Assembly: GCA_013265495.1 (NCBI GenBank)
Contig: MU058793.1
Span: 734,060 to 798,059 of the forward strand
Reading direction: 5' to 3'
Length of the DNA: 64,000 nt
From: Vicugna vicugna
Lineage: Eukaryota
Each line of letters begins with the position of its first letter. Position 1 is the stretch's first letter. Shown in pieces: positions 60,052 through 64,000 of the stretch. The position numbers were made by a program, and so were the translations under genes. Below the pieces are notes generated by a model. That model was not told where the DNA came from. It made no database searches and saw only the letters and a program-made list of their open reading frames with translations.

Positions 60052-61697
60052 TAAAGAGTCAAAGAGTTATACAAGTTTATACAAAACTCAGCAACTCTCC
60101 CCCTTCACCTCACTTCTGTCTTCCCACAGGCCACCATTTCCAAATCTGTGAAGAGATTATTTGCGTATTTACCTTCACATCTCCAAACAATATCCTTATT
60201 ATCAGTTCTTTATTTAGACATTATCTGTTGACTTTCTTCTATCAGTAATAACAATCAAGGTTTTATTTATTCCCCTGCCCTTCACCACACCCTTCCCAAT
60301 ATACTTTTCCACTCTCCCAGCTTCCTAACTAGTTTGTAATTTTGCTAGATCCATATTCAGTGTTGACATGACGGCTGTGTAAACGCTGCTCACAGCTGAG
60401 TCATGAGAAAACTAATGACTGTGTTTCTTTGCTGTACAAATTTTAGTTTCCCTAGAGACAACTGTCTTGTTTTCGTGTTTGTTTTGTTCTCTGTGAATCT
60501 GTCACTAATTCAACTCCAAACTCTCTTTTGTCTAAATCTCTTTCTAAAGTACTTAGATGATCAGATATTCTATCGATTTCCTATTCTGGCAGCAAAATTT
60601 CCTGGAGGTCCCTGATTGGCTCCCACCTGAACTTGCGACCCTCTGAGCCTGGTGCACAGCTACTCTCCTGGGATGTCCCCTCAACATCTTCCTGTGGAAT
60701 CCCTTTGCCTCTCCCTCTTTTGTGTGGAACAGATCCTTCAGTAGCTTCTGAGAAAGGACAGTTGGAAATAAAAATTGTTTAAATGTTCCTTACAAAAAAC
60801 ATCTTCATTCCACTCCCATACTTGGTGGATAGGTTAGCTTCAATCCTCTCTCCCTCCATGTTCACTTTCTGAAACTCCCACTGTTTGAATATTGTACTTC
60901 CTGGACTGGTTCTTTCAATTTTCTTCCTCTCTATCATCTCACCTTTTTACTCTACTTTTCCAGATTTTCTTGGCTTAATCTTTTCCTCAACTTAATTCTC
61001 AAACTATTCTGTTGAATTTCTCATTTCTGCTCTCATTCATAACAATTGAGAGTCCTATTTTGTTTTCTAAATGTTCCTTTTTTAAAGCAACCTGTTCTTG
61101 CTTTATGCATACAATAATAAAAGGAATTTTTCTTTCTTAATTTCTTTTCCCTGAATGGTCTCCATTTTTTTTACCAGATTGTTTTATTATTGTTGTGGCT
61201 TATTTTTATTTCTATCTATCAATGTTTAAGCTTTATCTTATGTCTGGTAGTCCAGTTGTCTGCTGTATTTAAGAGTGAGGAGAAAAAACAGATCAGAAGC
61301 TCTGAGTGGGACATACTGACTGTCAGCTTCACTAGATGATCTGGCTGGGTTGTTTCATTGCAAAACATCTACAAAGCAGATCAGATTTCCTGGGAAGGAT
61401 TCTGCCCAGCTCCTAGAAAGGAAAAAGGCCAGATATCACTTCCGAAAACTGAGTAAAGGGAGAGTTGGCGGGGGGTCTTAGCAACCAGAATGCATTTGTT
61501 TACTTAAACCCTGTGTTTTCAATAGGGTAACCCCACCTTCAGGAATGACTGGGGTCTCCCAATCCAGAGACCCTCTGTTTTAACCTCTCCAGTGAGTAAA
61601 CATCTGCTCTCTTGTTGGGATGAAGGAGGGACAGCTGTCTATCTATATGCCATGAGGGAGGAGATTTGAGGCTGGAACTGTTCTGAAACAGGTTTTC

Positions 61698-62301
61698 TTT
61701 TTTTTCTTTTTTTTTAACGGAACAGTCGGTTTACAATGTTGTGTTAGTTTCTGGTATACAACTTAGTGGTTCAGTTATACATATATATGTCTTTTCCTAT
61801 TCTTTTTCATTATAGGCTATTACAATTATAGGCTTTTTCATTATATGCTATATGGTAGGACCTTATTGTTTATCTATTTTATATATAATAGTTAGTATCC
61901 GTAAATCCCAAACTCCCAATTTATCCCTCCACTGCCCCCAAACCTTGACCCCTGGTAACCGTAAGTTTTGTTTTTTACGTCTGTGAGTTTGTTTCTGTTT
62001 TGTAAATAATTTCATTTGTGTTCTTTTATTAGATTCCACATATAAGCAATGTCATATGGTAATTTTCTTTCTCTTTCTGGCTTACTTCACTCAGTATGAC
62101 GATCTCCAGGTTCAACCATGTTGCTGTAAATGACATTATTTTATTCTGTTTTATGGCTGAGTAGTGCTCCATTGTATGTATACACCACAACTTCTTTATC
62201 CGTTCATCTGTACATGGACATTTAGATTGCTTCCATGTCTTGGCTATTGTAAATAGGGCTGCTATGAACATTGGGGTGCATGTACCTTTTTGAATTAGAA
62301 G
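61698..62301 (-). mobile_element. 5'-truncated L1 3' end
   Basis: ORF2 C-terminus (CTPMFIAALFTIAKTWKQ...ILSEVSQKEK), poly-T on + strand; TSD gaaacaggttttc (61685-61697) / gaaacaggctttc (62302-62314). Confidence 0.9.
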
Positions 62302-62629
62302 GAAACAGGCTTTCAACCAGTCCTCCTGGACTCTGATCCCCTGCTTCACCCCATCTGTGTTCCTTACTCCAAGCCTTTGGGTCTGTGGTTTAAATCAGGT
62401 TGATTTTTAGCTTTTCACACTGCAGGCTTGAGGTTCCATTTTCTCAAGTGTGCTAAGTTGGTTACCAACCCACATATCTGCTATTGGTCTCCAAAAATGT
62501 GTTGCTGCCATCTCCCCTCCCATTCATTTACTCAAAACAAAACACTTCACTTTAGTGGTGTTTCAGGAGAGAATGAAAATAAACAACAAAATGCATGGAT
62601 TTCAAATGTCAACTCTGTTCAGATGTCCC

Positions 62630-62830
62630 ACAGAGCACTTTACCTATGTTATTTCATTTACCTCCTCACCATCCCCCTCTAAGCAAAGTACAATTATTTT
62701 CCCTATTTCCCCCCTTTGTGGAAACCAAAGCTCAGAGAGATTAATTTACCCAAGGACACACAACCAACAGGAGGCATAAGTACAATTTAAAATCTGGTCT
62801 GACCCCAGAGCCTCATTTTTAATTATCACA
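62630..62830 (-). mobile_element. MIR SINE
   Basis: 'ggaaaccaaagctcagagagattaatttacccaaggacacacaacc...tctggtctgaccccagagcc'. Confidence 0.7.
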
Positions 62831-63514
62831 CTAATGAGCAATGTACAGAAATAATGGAGACCTAAAAAGAAAAACATATGGATGTTACTCTAGACCCTGT
62901 AATCCATAGTTTCTTATGTAGGACAGACAGTATATAAAAAATTGGACCAGATTTGAACTAAAATGTATTACACAAGTGTTTGCACTCCAATGTCTTAGGC
63001 TTAGTTAAACAATTGTTTGAAAGTTTGGATTACAATTCACATCTTATTGGATTGTAATATAATGGGTAGCATTCCAAACAAAGTACTATAGCGTGAATGA
63101 AGACAAATTTGAAATTTGAGTTCCTTCAGTGAATAATTTGACCCAAGTCAGTAACTTCATCAAAGGTACTTCAGCTGGTAAAATAAGGCAGAGCTAATAT
63201 TCAAACTTGTTATAATGTGAGCATGTGAAATGAAATTTTCTCTTCCAGCTACTGATCATCTTTGCTTTTCATCAAGTGTTTCAAGGAGTGAGAGAGACTC
63301 ATAAAGTTTTCTTCTGTCAGGAGGAATCTATTTAGTGTAACACTCCTGTTCTGTCTCTAGTCCCCTGTTCCCCCAGATGAGGGAAAGTGGGCAGAAGAAA
63401 TTGTAAATGCATAGTCTTCCTCTCTCTTTCCTTTTTGTATGCTGGTTGTCTACCAGAAGCATTTTTCCCCCTTGTTCTAAGGGCCAGGGCTGCCTGTGAC
63501 TAGTGTGTAACCGT

Positions 63515-63860
63515 GTGTGTCAATCAAGGTTCCACCAGAAAAAGATTTATTACATGGAACTGGCTTACACAATTGTGGGAGTTGGCCAAGCAAATCCAAA
63601 ATTCATAGGGCAGGCTACCTGGGCATGCTGGAAACTCTGGAGCAGGAACAGATGCTGTTGTTCACAAGCTTAATTGCTCCTTCCTCAAGGAAACCTCAGT
63701 TTTGTTCATAAGTCCTTTCAACTGATTAGATCTGGTCCACCTAGATTATCAGGAAAATTTTCCTTCCATAAAGTACGTTGATTATAGATGCTAAACACAT
63801 CTGCGAAATACCTTCAAAGCAACATCTCAATTAGATGAACAAACTGTAGCCTTGTCTCAC
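63515..63860 (-). mobile_element. ERVL solo LTR, MLT2 family (MLT2D-like)
   Basis: 'ggaaacctcagttttgttcataagtcctttcaactgattagat', 'cacatctgcgaaataccttcaaagcaacatct'. Confidence 0.75.
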
Positions 63861-64000
63861 ATGGACTTCTGTTTGTATGCTATACTTTAATAAAACATTC
63901 AAAATATATATCCTACAGATTATCTACTACATTGGAGTTATTGAAAGCGGGACACCCATTTCATGTCGATGAATGGTTTTTATATGGATTCAGATTCTCT

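Larger units (their letters stand above)
59895..62560 (-). mobile_element. Ancient HAL1 / L1ME-type element, interrupted by Vic-1 and a younger L1
   Basis: Segments resemble the recalled eutherian HAL1 reverse strand: 'tttaaagagtcaaagag..ttatacaag', 'atattcagtgttgacat...ctcacagctgagtcatg', 'tatttaagagtgaggagaaaaaacagatcagaagctctg'; subfamily unverified. Confidence 0.55.

Overview
Mammalian non-coding DNA (intergenic or deep intronic), almost certainly from a camelid (Camelus/Vicugna/Lama). The evidence is five tRNA-derived SINEs matching the camelid Vic-1 type, with no Alu, Bov-A/BovB, PRE-1 or SINEC seen. No intact host protein-coding exon, tRNA or rRNA gene could be supported. Almost all ORFs in the track are chance frames or decayed transposon coding remnants. 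The window is a layered record of transposable elements: MIR and L2, MaLR/ERVL solo LTRs (MLT1, MLT2, LTR16, LTR33), DNA transposon relics (Kanga/MER104-type Tc2, MER2, MER47/Tigger5, MER5, MER33, MER58A), old L1M and HAL1 pieces, and younger L1 3' ends and Vic-1 SINEs with visible target-site duplications (TSDs). The standout object is a ~2.97-kb TSD-flanked L1 derivative (46300-49269). It has a complete CpG-rich 5'UTR and a nearly intact ORF1 but lacks the entire endonuclease/RT part of ORF2, i.e. a 'half-L1' (HAL1-like) architecture. It may be an independently arisen camelid non-autonomous family or a one-off deletion. Several repeat-free, homeobox-motif-rich islands look like candidate enhancers. 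Subfamily names come from recalled consensus sequences, and the boundaries of old repeats are approximate (tens of bp).
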